From assembly GCA_016748015.1 (NCBI GenBank), contig JAAOMT010000307.1:7357-71356 (forward strand): a DNA stretch of 64,000 bases. The letters run 5' to 3'. The DNA is from Geosiphon pyriformis uo1. Lineage: Eukaryota > Fungi > Glomeromycota. The notes under the pieces were generated by a model, which had not been told where the DNA came from, made no database searches, and saw nothing but the letters and a program-made list of their open reading frames with translations. Position 1 is the first letter of the stretch, and the number at the start of each line of letters is the position of its first letter. A program made the translations under genes and the position numbers. Shown in pieces: positions 38,202-52,197 of the stretch.

Positions 38202-40050
38202 TGTGTAGCCCAACTACTATCTAATACAAAAAGTCAAACTAAGTGACAAAAATTAAACGTAGTTCACATGTAACCAAACATAAGCCCAGTCTAAACTAAT
38301 TTATATTGAGTCTATGAAAGAAAACCTATCTTAACAAGTTATTTTTTGCATAACTGCAACCAATATACTACTATTAATAATATTATTACTCATTTATTTA
38401 GCAGTTTTATTTATATTTGACTTAATATTAACTGGTTGTAGCTTCCAAAAAATTATCAAGTATAAGTATTTTTATCAAAAGTATTATTAGAACTATAATT
38501 ATTTATATATTCAATTTCAATACCAACTTTAGTTTTAATCTTAACTAATTTTTTGCTAATTTTATTCAATAATTTATCAAAAATAGACATCTTATTTTGG
38601 ATAACAATTATATTTTTAAGCTTTTTATGCAAAACAGAAGAAGTATTTAACAAAATAATAGTCCAAATAACTAAAAAACTAATTAGTTAACAACAAACTT
38701 AATTAAAACAGTCAAATCAAAAACTTAAGATTTCAAAAAAACCAGTTAAAAATTAAATACAGAACAAATAACAAAAGCAACCAAAAAAGTAAAAATATTA
38801 ACATATAACTTTGTATTAACAAAAGATGAATTAAAAGTTTTAAAGTTATCAACAAACTTAAAAAAAAACCTAAAAAGAAGAAGTAAAAATACTTTGTAAT
38901 TTAAAAATAAATAATTTAAACTCTGATACTTATAACAATATTAATATTTAAAAGTTTTTTATTAAATATAATACTTGTACAAAATATTAGTTTTAAACAA
39001 TTGAATTCAAAATTTCTAAAAATTTAAAGATTACAATAACAAAACATTGACAATAATAAAAGTTAAAAAAATGAAAATAAAACACATATAATTACCAATT
39101 TAAAAAATTAAATTACTGACTTTAAAAGCAGTATAACCAAAAAAAATTGATTAATTTAGTCTTAAAAGTGTTTTTTAAAGTAATAACTTTTTTTTTAATT
39201 AAACAAAAAAAAATTCTAATATTGTTTTTTTAATTAGCACAAACCAATTAATAAAAACAGCAACAGCAAAAAAAATTTTTAAAATAAATAATAATATATT
39301 ATTATAAGTTAACAAATTTTAATTTAATTAAAATAATAATATTAAAAACACTAAAAACATTTTTAATATCATTAACAAATATGTTAAAAAAAATATTATG
39401 AAAAACAATACAAATAAAAAAAAAAAAAAAATTACTACAAAAAATTTTATAATCTAAAGTATAATTAAAAAAATTCTTAATAATAATTTTAATAACAACA
39501 ATTTAAAAAGTCTTGAAAACAAAATTTATACAAAAAAATTTAATATTGTTTTTTAAATCTAATTTAAGCCCAACAAAATCAAATAGCAAATTAAACAAAA
39601 ACTTAATAAGAGCCAATTTAATTTTAAACATAATACCAAATATTATAGTAAAGATTACTTAAAAAATTATTAATAATTAAAAATTGTTTTTCAAGTACTA
39701 TTAGAAACAACACCAAAAAACAAAAAAATTATATTAATCTTTATTTAGTCAGTTTAATTTTTAAAATTAAATAAGCTTATAGACTAATTAATTGAAAACA
39801 CATTTAAAAATATATTTTGGTTTGTAATAATTTGCCAAAAAACATTATATTTAGCAATATAATTAGTAATTAATCTTAATTTATTTTAAAAAATATGTTA
39901 TTATTATTATCAATATTAAAAAAAAGCTAATTACTACTAATAAAATTTTATTTAAAATTTGAATTAAAAATTATAAAAAAGTTTAATATATTAATAGCAA
40001 ATACAAATAACTTTGGTTTTTTTGGCATTTTCAAACATTTATAAAAAATT
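38202..40050 (+). mobile_element. Very decayed retroelement: terminal unit (38202-38314) plus faint RT-like remnant
   Basis: 38202-38314 shares motifs with 62559-62714 (ccaacYactatcta, taaacgYagYtca, acatgtRacca, tgagtc). At ~39745-40030, YLVSL..AY...LP, KYV-IIII and FFG fall in RT motif order, but support is weak. Confidence 0.3.
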
Positions 40051-41369
40051 AATAATAGTAATAATAGTAATAATAATAAAACCAAAAAAACCAATTTGTT
40101 AATTAATCTATTATTAAAAACTTTTGAATTTTAAAAAAAAATAAAAACAATACCAGAATTAATCCTAATGTGTTTCTTAAAAAGAACTTTAACTAAAAAA
40201 ACTACTAATTAAAAATAAAAAAATGCTTTAAAAGACATTAAAAACAGTTTTTTATTATTAATACTTAAAAAAAATGGTTTTAAAATATTTTGTCTAGTTA
40301 TTTTTATAATAAAAATTTTTTTTGTTAAAATCTAAAAATATTAAATTGTTTAAATAAGATATATAAATTCAATAAGTATTTTACAAAGACCATAGCAATT
40401 TTTATTAAAAAACTATACTATAAAATATAAAAGTATCTAAAACAATTAATATTAAAATACTACTAATAAATTAAAAAACATTCGATAAAAAGTTTGTAAA
40501 AAACAAATTTAAATTTGAAAAAATTTAATATTTATATGTACTTTAACTAAATTAAATTTGAAAAATTTATTAATAAACAAAAAAATATCGAAATATCTAT
40601 AAGATTTATTTTTTGCAATTAAAATTGAAGACTTATTAATATATAAAAAGACAATTTAAATTTTTTAATTAATAGAAATAATTACTGTTTTATTTTGTTA
40701 ATTAAAATATTATTAATCTTAAAAAATACATTAAGTAGTAGTTTAATTATTACCAACTTAAATTATATTATTTATATATATTCTAGTAATCAAGTATAAT
40801 ATTAAACTAGTTTGTGCTTTAATTTTGTTAGACTTAATAATAAATTTAGAAATTATTTTAAATTTGCATAATTGTTTATGTCTTTTAATCTTATATAAAA
40901 AAAAGTTATAGAAAATTTATCACAAAAGTAGTAAAAAAATCTTGCTTTAATTCAAACTATTATGTTAAATTTAATTTATAAATTAAAGTTTATTATTAAT
41001 TTGTTAATATAATTATTATAAATATATTTAAAAAATTTTATAAAATTTTTACATATTTTGATCTTAATTAAACTTGTTTACAAATAATATTAGTTAATTA
41101 AATCATAATTTTTATCTATGTTTTATAAGATTAATTAAAGCTTATAATTCTTTTCCAATATATTTTTTATTATTAAATTAATAACAAAAATCAAAAATTG
41201 TATTAAAATATTTTTAAGAACAAAAAAATATTTTTTTAAAAAATGTTAAACTTATTACATATAGTAAAAATACAGTCAAATAAAATTTTTGATAGAATTT
41301 TTCTGTAAGTTTTAATTCAAATAATTAAATATATATTTGTTAAAATTTTTTCTATTTATAAGACTTTAA

Positions 41370-42294
41370 TAGAATTCTAATATTCAGTTTGGTTTGATTT
41401 GGTTTAAATTTAATCAAATCATTGAATCAAATTAAATTCAAATTAAGATTTTGGCTAAATTTTAAACCAAACTTAAAATTAATAAATCTAAACAAAACTT
41501 AAACTCAAACAACAAGTTTAGTTTAAAATTTATAAATATATTTAGATTTGATTATTAAAATTATATTATATTATTAATTAATTTTTTTTTCAATATTAAT
41601 AACAGTTATTACAGAAAATTAAAACAATTTTTTAGTTAGATTGGTCAAAAAATTATAAAAATATAGCAAACTTACTTGTTAAAATATTTTTAACAATTTG
41701 CTTTTTTTATAATATTTTTTTATTGTAACATATATTATTTTATAAGAAGCTTTTAAATAATGCTATAAAAGTTTAATAGTGTTTATAGTTTTACTAAAAA
41801 ATTATTTATATACATATTTTAAGATTATATATTTAACTGTTTTTTTTGTTTACTTAAATTTATTAAAATAGTTTTATATCTTATTTTAAAAATTATGTAT
41901 ACTAAAAATATTAATATTTGAACTATTTGAATTATTAAATTTTATTATTTTAAATTTTAAATCTTTAATAGCAGACAATAAATTAATTTTGTAAGTTAAA
42001 GAATAAAGTTATTATATATATATATAATTTTATATATCTTTTTAATTGATTATAATAATTAAACAAAGTAATAATTAATAAATAAATAATACTAAATATA
42101 TATTTTTTTTAATTTTATTAAATTCAAACAAGTTTATAAACTTTAAACCAAATTTAAACTGAATTCAAACTTGTTAAAAAGATTTTATTTTGAATTTAAA
42201 ACAAATCTACTTTAAAAATTTAGTTCAATTCATAATTTAAACCAAACTTAAAAAGTATTTAAAGTTTAATTTAATTTAATTTAATTGAATTCTA
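41370..42294. mobile_element. Possible decayed non-autonomous TIR element (MITE-like)
   Basis: tagaattc / gaattcta ends, 5-bp periodic subterminal repeats (tttgg / ttaat), and an imperfect inverted match of ~41515-41562 to ~42111-42155; no TSD seen. Confidence 0.3.
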
Positions 42295-45200
42295 AAAAAA
42301 ACATAAAATTATAAATAATATATTAAGTAATTTAAATAAATAAATAAAAACAAATATAATAATATTTGTTATATTTTACTTAGACTTTTAATATATGTTG
42401 TAATTATATTTGAATTATTTTTTCTTTATTGCTATTACTTTATTTAATTTAAATACATAAATAATATGTTTTTTATTTGATTTAATTTATTTTTGTAATA
42501 AGTTTACATATATTTATATTTCTGTTTTATATTTAATTGTTTATTATAATAATATTAATAAATATTAAACTATTTTTAAATAAATATATATATTTTTAAA
42601 GATATTTTACACTTTTTATAATTATTTATTTTTTTAAATATGTTTTTTCAAAAAAATTTATTGAATTGTAATTATAAAATTTTTGTAATTGAATTTTTTT
42701 AATATATGTTCTTTTTATTAATAAAATTTAAAATCAAATCTTACCAATAAAATAATTAAAAAGTATTTTAAAAACTTATAAAGTCATTTATGTATTAGCT
42801 ATTATTAATAAATATATTTATAAAAAAGATTTTATTAAGCAATTTGCTATAATTTTTTTAATAATTTTTTTTGAAAAAATTTAAATATTTTATTATAATT
42901 AAAACTATTAAATTGCAAAATACACTATTTTTGAATAAACTTATTATAAGTTTTTTTTAGAATACAACTTAATGTCTTACTTATAACATTAATTTTTTAA
43001 TAGTTTTTATAAATTTTTAAAATTTTTAATCATTTTTTAAGATTAAGACTGCAATTTTAAAATCATTTCAAACACAAATTTTTATCTAGCTTTTATCAAT
43101 AATTTATTACAACTTTTTAAAACATTCTAAAGAAATTGGGCAAAATTTTCGGTTTTATACAATATTTTTAAGATTTTATATTTATTATATATATTATTAA
43201 TATTAAAGCATTTAAATTTTAAAAACAAGCTCAAATTCAATATAAGTTGCTTTATTTCGAAATTTAACATTTAAAAAATACTTGCAAAAGACTAAGTAAA
43301 ATATAAAAATGATTATATTTTTTACAAATATGCTATTGTAATTTTAAGATTTATACAAAGTTTTAATTTTGTTATGTTTAATTTTTATAGGATAAAGAAA
43401 AAAATTTTCCACATGAAAAATATTGCTAACTGTAAAAATTACATTTTTTCAAGTAAGTAAAAACATAATTTTTTAATCTAGTATAATATTCAAATAGTAG
43501 TAACAGTTAATTAATTTTGACACAAAAAAATTTTATTTTCAATGATAAAACAACTAACTAATTTTACACTAACTTTATTATTAGAGAAAAAATATTTTTA
43601 AGATTAATAGCTTAACAATATACAATTATTTTGACAAAACAAACGAGTTTGTATTTTGTTTTCATTTATTATTTTAAATACGTATTTACAAATATTTTGA
43701 GTAACATATTATAAGCAAATAATTTTCTTTTAAAATATGACAAAAAATTCTTATTGTTGTTTTTTGAGAATTTTTTCTAAAGCATCAATTTTTCTACTTA
43801 TTTTTAATATTAAGTAATTTTTATATTGAACCAACATCAAATCTTTTTTATAATTATAAATTATATCTAATTTATTATTTCTATTATTCAAATAATCAGC
43901 CAAAAAGAATAAATAACTTTTACAACAAATATGTATATTAGGCATAATTTCATAAATATTAGTAGAAAAATGCTAATTTAATGCTAGGATTATAATAATC
44001 TTTACAAATAACCAAATGTTAAACCAAATTTATAAAAACATACCAAATACAAAATTCACAAAACTAAAAATTTGAATAAAATCTTTGGTAATACTATATA
44101 AACCTTTATTAAAATACCTAATTAAATTTGTTTTTGAAGATCATAATTTTATTATATTAATTAAAAATTTGATTTTAGAGTCTGTAATTAAGATGTATTG
44201 TTATTTGAAAATTCAAGCCAAAACTTTGAAAAACTTTTAAATTACTAATAAAATTTTTATAAAAGTAATTAAACTAATAATTGAATTTAATTTTAAGAAT
44301 AATATTAACCAAATTTTATTAATTATTCAAGTTTCTTTTTAATATAAAATATATGACAATAAAACTTTTATTTAATTTTTAAAAACCTATTAATATTGTG
44401 AATTAGACAAATTTAATTGGTAAATTCAAAAAAAACTCAATTTATATACATTAATATAATACATAAAACACATAATTGAAAAATAATAAACTTTATAAAT
44501 TAATTTTAAAATATATATTTTAAAATAAAACTTAATTTTGGAAATGATTTCAAATTTATTTCTAATAAAAAACATGAATATTGAATAAAAATTTGAAAAT
44601 AATATTTTTTTATAAATTTTATTTGATTCTATAATTTAATTAAAACTTTTTTAGTTTATATTAAAAAATAGTTATTAATTTTAAAAAAACAGAACAATAT
44701 AGCTTAACAATCATAATTTATTCAATTATTAATTAGAATATTTAGATTAGTTTATGATCAAAATAATATAATATATAATTGTGCTTTTTTCATTTATTTT
44801 ATGCATTATACTGTTATAACCTCTTTTTTTAAAACTTCTTTTTATAACAACTTTATAAAAAATATGTTAAATAAACGAAAAACCTATATTGGAGCATTTT
44901 ACTGCTATTAAATTTTTAAAAAAATTAAAATTCTCTTTTTATTAAAAACAATGAACAAAGCAAGTTTTATTTGAAGCCTTAAAAGTTACGGTTTTTGGAA
45001 AAAATAAAAAAACTGCCAAAAAAACCAAAGTCCAAGTTTTACTTGCTTAATTTAACTTTTATATTAATTCTGTTATTGTTAGAGATTTTTAAAATAATAT
45101 TTATGTTGAAAAAGAGATAATTACACGATTTTTTATATTTTAAATAAAGATTAACTTGTTGATTATTTTGTATAATACAGAGAAAAAATAGTAATAATTA

Positions 45201-45857
45201 TAAAAAGTCTTTTATTTTTACCAATTTTATTGTAAAATATATATGAATATATACATATATATTATATTGTTAAAATCTGAACAGTCAATTTATTAATTTT
45301 TTGCTCATAAAATTTTAATCAAAAGTTGTTAAAAGTTGTTAAAAGTTGATTAAACTAATGATAGCAGTAGTAATAACAACAACAACAATAATAATAATAG
45401 CAGCAGTAATAACAAAAAAATAAAAATATAAGAATAAAAAAAGCAATAATAAAGAAGTTTTTTTTTAAAAGATTCAGAATAAGAATTAAAAAATAATAAA
45501 TTGGTAACAAAAGTTCTTACAAATAATACAATAAATGTTTGGAAAAAATCACAAAAAAGCCAAAAAATCTGATGTATTTGTAATAAATATTATCAAATAT
45601 AATACATATAATAATTTGCTTTTAATTGAATCCATGAAAATAATCTAAAAACCAAAGTATATTGTCAGCTTAATATCACATCATTGAAATTTGAAAACAT
45701 TATTCATAAAAGTATGAAAAAATTAATGACATAGTTTATTAATTTTGAAGAAATTATTATTTATAACACAACTAATTTTTTTCTTTAGATATACAGTAGT
45801 CATAAGTACTTGGAAGCAAAAAACTTTACTTTAGATAAAATAAAATAAAAAGCAGCT

Positions 45858-46480
45858 TCAATTACTCATAAATTTTTTGATTTTAATATATAAGCAACAC
45901 TTCATTTGAGTCGAAAATGAAAACCATCCTCTTGAAAGCCAAAAATAGAGTCCATCATCAAGTAATAAGATGGTAAACTCGAATCCAAAAATTACCAGAT
46001 TCTCAGCTTTATCTATCAAAATATTTTTTTTTAAGTATTTATTGAGGACGCATTGATTGAAGCAAAGGCATTTGCTGCCATTCCTTACAGCTTTATTGGG
46101 AGTGCTAGCCCGAGCACACTCCAAATGGCTCAACTCGACGTTATTGCTACAGTCCGCTAATGTTGCTTTCGATACCATTTTGCCCCTAAAAAATAATTTA
46201 AATTATTTAAGTTAGTAAAATTAGAAAAAATTAAATAAAATTAATTCACACTTACCAATAAAGACAAATTTTTTTTGCAACATTAGCAAAAACAATATCC
46301 AGAATAGGTGCCAACATCTTTATGATATAATGAATTTCTGGGATTTTTTGATTTTTGCCTATTGTATCAGTGAACACAGTTGGATTTATTAAAAACATTC
46401 AAACTAATAATAAAAATCAAATAGAGTTAAAAAACACAATAACACTACACTATTAATAAATAATACAGTGGCAAATTGCA
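45858..46480 (-). pseudogene. Small Cys-rich, probably membrane or secreted protein; two exons; probably disrupted
   Basis: GTAAGT donor (~46255), TTTTAG acceptor (~46186); exon 2 is Cys-rich with a hydrophobic stretch (LVIFGFEFTILLL); upstream MQFATVLFINMCSVIVFLTL is signal-like, but no clean frame connects it. Confidence 0.4.
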
Positions 46481-46860
46481 TTATTTATTCTATATAATAT
46501 TCACCAAGTTTAATGTATTGATTCATTATAACTTTTTCAGTTTTACAAATAAAAAAAAAAACATTCACCAAAAAATTAACAGGTTACTAATTTTTAGTGG
46601 CCATAATGAGCTTTCTATTTTCAATTATTATATTACCTTATGGCAGCGTACTTTCAAATATATGCAACTCAACATTTATCTTATTTTCTGTAACCAAATA
46701 TTCATATTTAATCTATTTTAAAACCAGAGTTTCAAATTGATTACCTTTTTCAACAGAATTAAGTGAGGTTTCAGGAGTTTATGTTTAATAGGTTATTAAT
46801 GTGAAATTAATTAAAGATAAGGTTTATAAATTTGGAATTATAAATTAAAGAAAATATAGT

Positions 46861-46920
46861 AAAACTTTCAATGATGGATCACTTGGTTCTTGTAAAGATG
46901 AAGAATGCAGGGAATTGCCA
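46861..46920 (+). rRNA. Degenerate, truncated 5.8S rRNA fragment (pseudogene)
   Basis: aaactttcaatgatggatcacttggttcttgtaaagatgaagaatgcagggaattgc vs the recalled fungal consensus AAACTTTCAACAACGGATCTCTTGGTTCTCGCATCGATGAAGAACGCAGCGAAATGC; ~47/59 identical by eye; rest of 5.8S absent. Confidence 0.75.
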
Positions 46921-46980
46921 AAAAAATTTTATAAATTTTGATGGGTGAGGGTCTGTTTTTATAAATTCGGTTTGTTTTGG

Positions 46981-47160
46981 GATTTTCTTAACGTGTTAAA
47001 CAAACGCGTTTGCTTTGGGATCTACTTAATTGTGTTAAGAAAATCTATTTCATGTGTTACTAAAACTATAAACAAATGCATCAAGAAGATTCTCATTTCA
47101 CGCATTTGAGATCTTCTTAACACATTATGAAAAAATCTTCATTTCACGCATTTGGAAGAT
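46981..47160. repeat. Cluster of hairpins/palindromes with a repeated loop motif
   Basis: IR gattttcttaac 46981-46992 / 47034-47045 encloses palindrome caaacgcgtttg; two stems (47083-47118, 47135-47160) each carry tcatttcacgcatttg (47093-47108, 47139-47154). Confidence 0.8.
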
Positions 47161-47219
47161 GCCATTTATTTCTCCTCCTCTAATAAAAAGTGATAACTTA
47201 TTCAAAATAACTCTTTTTA

Positions 47220-47585
47220 TGTAGTTTAACATTAAATGGGGAACAAAATTCAATTATAACTTTAGTCATGATGACTGGAATAAAAATTTACCCTAGAAAA
47301 TAAACATAAGCCCAGAGCTGATTAAGTCTTGAGAGTGATTGGGACTCGAAAAACCCACGTTAGAGACTGGCATTTTAATAATATTAATAATATTAATAAG
47401 CCATGAAAGACTAGAATAGAAACAAAGCTAGGAACTATCAAAGTGAGGGTAACTTCTATTTAATAAAAGAAGTCAGGAAGTCTTTGAACCAGGTATTCAA
47501 TCAATGCACAACCTTTTCTCAAGAGTCTTTATGGTCTACAAGAGTCTTTATAGTCTACAAAAGAATTTCAAAAAGATAGACTACG
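47220..47585. repeat. Possible LTR-like fragment with a 19-bp tandem repeat (47520-47557)
   Basis: Begins TGTAG and ends near CTACA/CTACG; GC above background; caagagtctttatRgtcta x2; shares aaacataagcccag with 38276-38289; no TSD. Confidence 0.25.
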
Positions 47586-50500
47586 AAGCGATATTGATAA
47601 ATATTGCCCTGATATACCATTTAGAAAGAAAAGGAAACCTGATAATGGAATTAAACCATGGCTAAGTCAATCCACAAACTCCATTTTGACGAATTTATCT
47701 TAAAATTGCCAGTCATTTGACTGCACTGCTTTAAATCTCCTAATCAGCATGCTTTTAAACCAACAAACAAAAATTATCAAAAGTTAATGAAAAAAATTAA
47801 AAAAAGAAAAATCAATTGACCGATAGTAATAATAATAATAATAATAATCTCAACAATTTTAATATGTTTCAGTGAATTTTAATTAAAGTCAGATTTATAA
47901 GAGATTCGAAAAGCATTATGAGAATCAACTTTTTTTCTGTAATTTTGAGAATCGGCAAATATTTCTAAAGACCAGTTGTTATTCTTGAATTCTTTTTCCC
48001 TTGAGACTAATTCCCAACTTTATACTTCTTGTCTTAATTTTCAGTATAACCAACTCATCCCTTTTCATATTCTTTTCGAATCTATCTATGAAAATTTAAA
48101 GTTAAATTTGATTTTCAACATTATTTTTTCCTATTTTTTAAGCAAATAAATATATTAGGCAAAATTATTTGAACCTAAATTTATTTAAGATAATTGATAT
48201 ATATTAAGGAATGCTATTTTATAGGTTTTAATTAAAAATAAATTTATTTGTCGATAGTTAAGAAAATTCAGAAATTTAATAAATTATAATAAAAAAAATA
48301 TTTAAAGAAAAGTAATTTTTTAATATAAGATTTTAACAAAGTACAATTTTTATGTTTTAGTTGACAAATCTTTAATTCAAAATAAATTTTATTTCAAAAA
48401 ATTGGGTTTTTAAAGAAAATATAAATGGCTAATACTAAAAATTTAAAAATTTAAATATATTGATATATTGATATATTGTTTTTTTGAATAATCTATTATT
48501 AAATTTATACCATATGGTAATTGTTTGAATAATATTTGACAACAAATTTTGTATTTAATCTCTTTAATTAAAGTTTGAATTTATTTTTAGTTTGTTATCA
48601 TGTTATTTAATCATATTTGTGAATTTCGAAAAATAAAAATTAAATAATGGACATTTGTAAATTCTTTTACTTTAATTAAATCTCTTTCTAATAATTTAAA
48701 TAAGAATTTTTTATATACAACTTCTGATATTACACAAAAGATCATTTATTAAAACCATTATTTAAATGCTGATAAGAATTATAAATTACATTTAGTAAAT
48801 TGCCAAAAAAGTAAATTGTTAAATAAAACATGAATATAAATTTTAATAAATTGTATGAAATAATTCTTTGATAATATAATTTGTAAATATTTTTATAATT
48901 ATTATTGTTGTTTAAATCGCTTGTTTACTTTTTTTTTAAAAAAAAAATAATGTTTTTACTTATTTTTAATTCATTACTTAAAAAATTTAGTTTTAATTCT
49001 TAAATTATTATTGCTAATTAATAATCAAAAGTAAAATTATGTTATTAATTACTCTATTTTATATATATTTTTTAATGCTTTTATAAAATAATTATATTAC
49101 TATTTACATATTTAAAATAAAACATTTTATAATAAATGCAGTTCATGTTTTATTTGAATATAATCAGTTATTTGAACTTATATTATAATTATCAGTCTTT
49201 TGAATTAAATAAACTCATTTTTTTTATTATATTCAAACATTTTTTAATATTACAACTGAATATTTAAGATTAATATAATAACTAACTAAGAAAAAAATTA
49301 ATATTACTTAAATTAACATGACAATCAAATATTTTTAATTTATCATTAATTTAAAATTTGAAACATGATAAATAAAAAAATACAAACTTAAATTAACAAA
49401 ATTTATAAATGTAATTTTGAAAAAAAGTTTATATTTTATACTAGTAATTGTTAAAATATAATCAAAAAATATTTTATTTATTTATGCAAAAAGTAAAAAA
49501 TATAGGCTAAATAGATTTTAGCAGAGTAATTAATAAGATATCAAGTATAATAATCGTTGAAATGAATAAAAAATAATAACTTTATTCTTTATTATCTTGC
49601 GAAATAGGAATTAAAGTTAAACTTTAATTAGCAATAAAAAAAGACTAAAATTAAGTATATTTATAATAAGTAAAATTTATTGTTAATAATATAAATTGAA
49701 ACTTTGATTTATAAAATGTGAAATACTTTATTTTTTTATAAGAATTTTTAAATATTCAAAATATTTTGGTTTAATTAATCAATAATATTTAATTTATAAA
49801 ACAAGTATATTATATTGTTTTGGTTAATATATAAATAAAACTTTTTATGATATTTTGGTTTTTTAATTTTTTTTTAAATTTAAATCTAAATTTTGATCTC
49901 ATTTTAATTTAATATTATTTGTAATTTAAAATATATTTCAAAAAATAAGGTTTTTTTATTTTTTTTTTACGAATACAGCCTGAAGTTTTAAAATAAATAA
50001 TATTAAATTTATATTAAAAAAATATATGTTAAGTTTCATCAATATTTAATTTCATTATTATGAAATATTATTTATAATCAGCAAAAATTAATTGGTATTA
50101 TAAATACTTTTAATTAAATAATTTATATTATAAAATTTTTGATTAAAGCATTCAAAGTTAGTTTTAAGAACAGACAAAATAAAAAATAAAAAGCAGCTGT
50201 TAATAAAACTTTTCTGTTTTAATATTAGACAAAAAAAATCAATTAACAAAAAATAATTTTATTAATAAAATATCTATTATTAAAGCATAATATCAAAGAT
50301 ATTTTATTTTAATAGATAAAAGTCTTTTAATTTTTAAAAATTTTGAATTATATCTCAATTTTTAAATGTCTTCTAATTCTTATATTAATTTTATTTAGGA
50401 TTTTAAAATGTAATTTTTTATAGTTTACAATAATCTTAAATTAGTTATTATTATTATTATTGTGTTGTTGCTATTAATATTCTATAAATAATTAAATTAA

Positions 50501-51532
50501 TAATTTTTATTAAATTTATTTAATAGTTAAACTTATTTAATTAATTTGTAGCAAATAGTAGTTTAATAAATAATAACATTTTGTGATTTATTAAACATAA
50601 AAAAACAACAATATAAATAGAAATTCTGCTTTTAAGAAATTATTTATTTTTTAAATATATGATTTAAAAAAGAGTTTTTTTAATTATAATTTATTCATAT
50701 TTAATATTTTCTTTCTATTTATACACATATTAGAAAACAAAAAAATCAAAAAAACTAATTTAAAAATACATAATTACAACCTATGTTTACTTTGTTAAGA
50801 AAATATTTTAAATAAAATTTTTTAATTATTATAATATATATTAATTTATATTTTAAAAAAACTTTATAAATAATAATAAATTAGTTAATAAAATAATTAA
50901 AAATTTAATTTATATTTTATCTAATTAATATAACAGTTATAAAACTAATTTTTATTACTATAAATAAATTTTATAAGAGTATTTGTCAAATATTAATAAA
51001 ATTGATAGAAAAAAATTTAATAAAATTTATACAGCAACTATAAGTGATAAATTAATTAATAAATATAATCTAAAACATTATAATTTAATAAAATATAAAA
51101 GATAAAAATTAGAAAGAGATATAGCAATAAGAATTATATTAATAAACAGCATAAAAATAATTAAAAAGATAAACAAACTATTATTATTATTATTATAATT
51201 ATTATTAATTTATATTAAATCAATTTATATTTACATATTATAATTTATTTTTAATCTAAATATTATCAATTTACTTATTTTTTTACATTGTATTAACAAT
51301 TAAATATTTAAAAAATTATTAAAATTAATAATAGTAATTATTTACAAAATATAAAAATATTTAAAATTAAAAATTGTCTAAAAATAATTGAAAAACTTAT
51401 TTTAATTCATTTTTTTGGTATAATTAATTATAATTTATATTTAGATAATATCATAAAATATGAATTTAGTTATAATATTTACAATAATATATAAATTTAT
51501 AATATTTAATTATATTAATTAATATATTATAA

Positions 51533-52166
51533 AGCAATAATAATAACAATAACAATAATAACAATAATAACAATAGCAATAACAACAATAATAATAATAG
51601 CAATAACAATAATTATAATAATAACAATAGTAACAACAGTAATAATAATAACAACAATAATAATAATAATAATAAAATAATAATAATAATAATAATAATA
51701 ACGATAATAACAATAATAATAGTAATAACAACACTAATAATAACAACAATAATAACAACAACAATAACAACAATAATAATAATAATAATAATAACAACAA
51801 CAATAATAAAAACAGTAATAATAATAATAATAGCAATAATAACAATAGCAATAACAATAATAATAATTATAACAGCAGCAATATTATTAACAGTAATAAT
51901 AGCAATAACAACAATAACAGTAATAATAACAATAATAATAACAATAGCAATAACAATAACAACAACAACAATAATAATAATAATAATAATAACAATAATA
52001 ATAACAATAATAATAACAATAATAACAGTAATAACAGTAATAACAACAATAATAATAACAATAATAACAATAATAACAATAACAATAATAACAATAATAA
52101 CAATAGCAATAACAATAATTATAATAATAACAATAGTAACAACAGTAATAATAATAACAACAATAA

Positions 52167-52197
<31 letters not shown>

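Noticed and set aside
43000-44600. Possible decayed MULE/SWIM transposase
   Set aside because: Only a vague Cys/His-like pattern in extremely AT-rich sequence; not supportable by eye.
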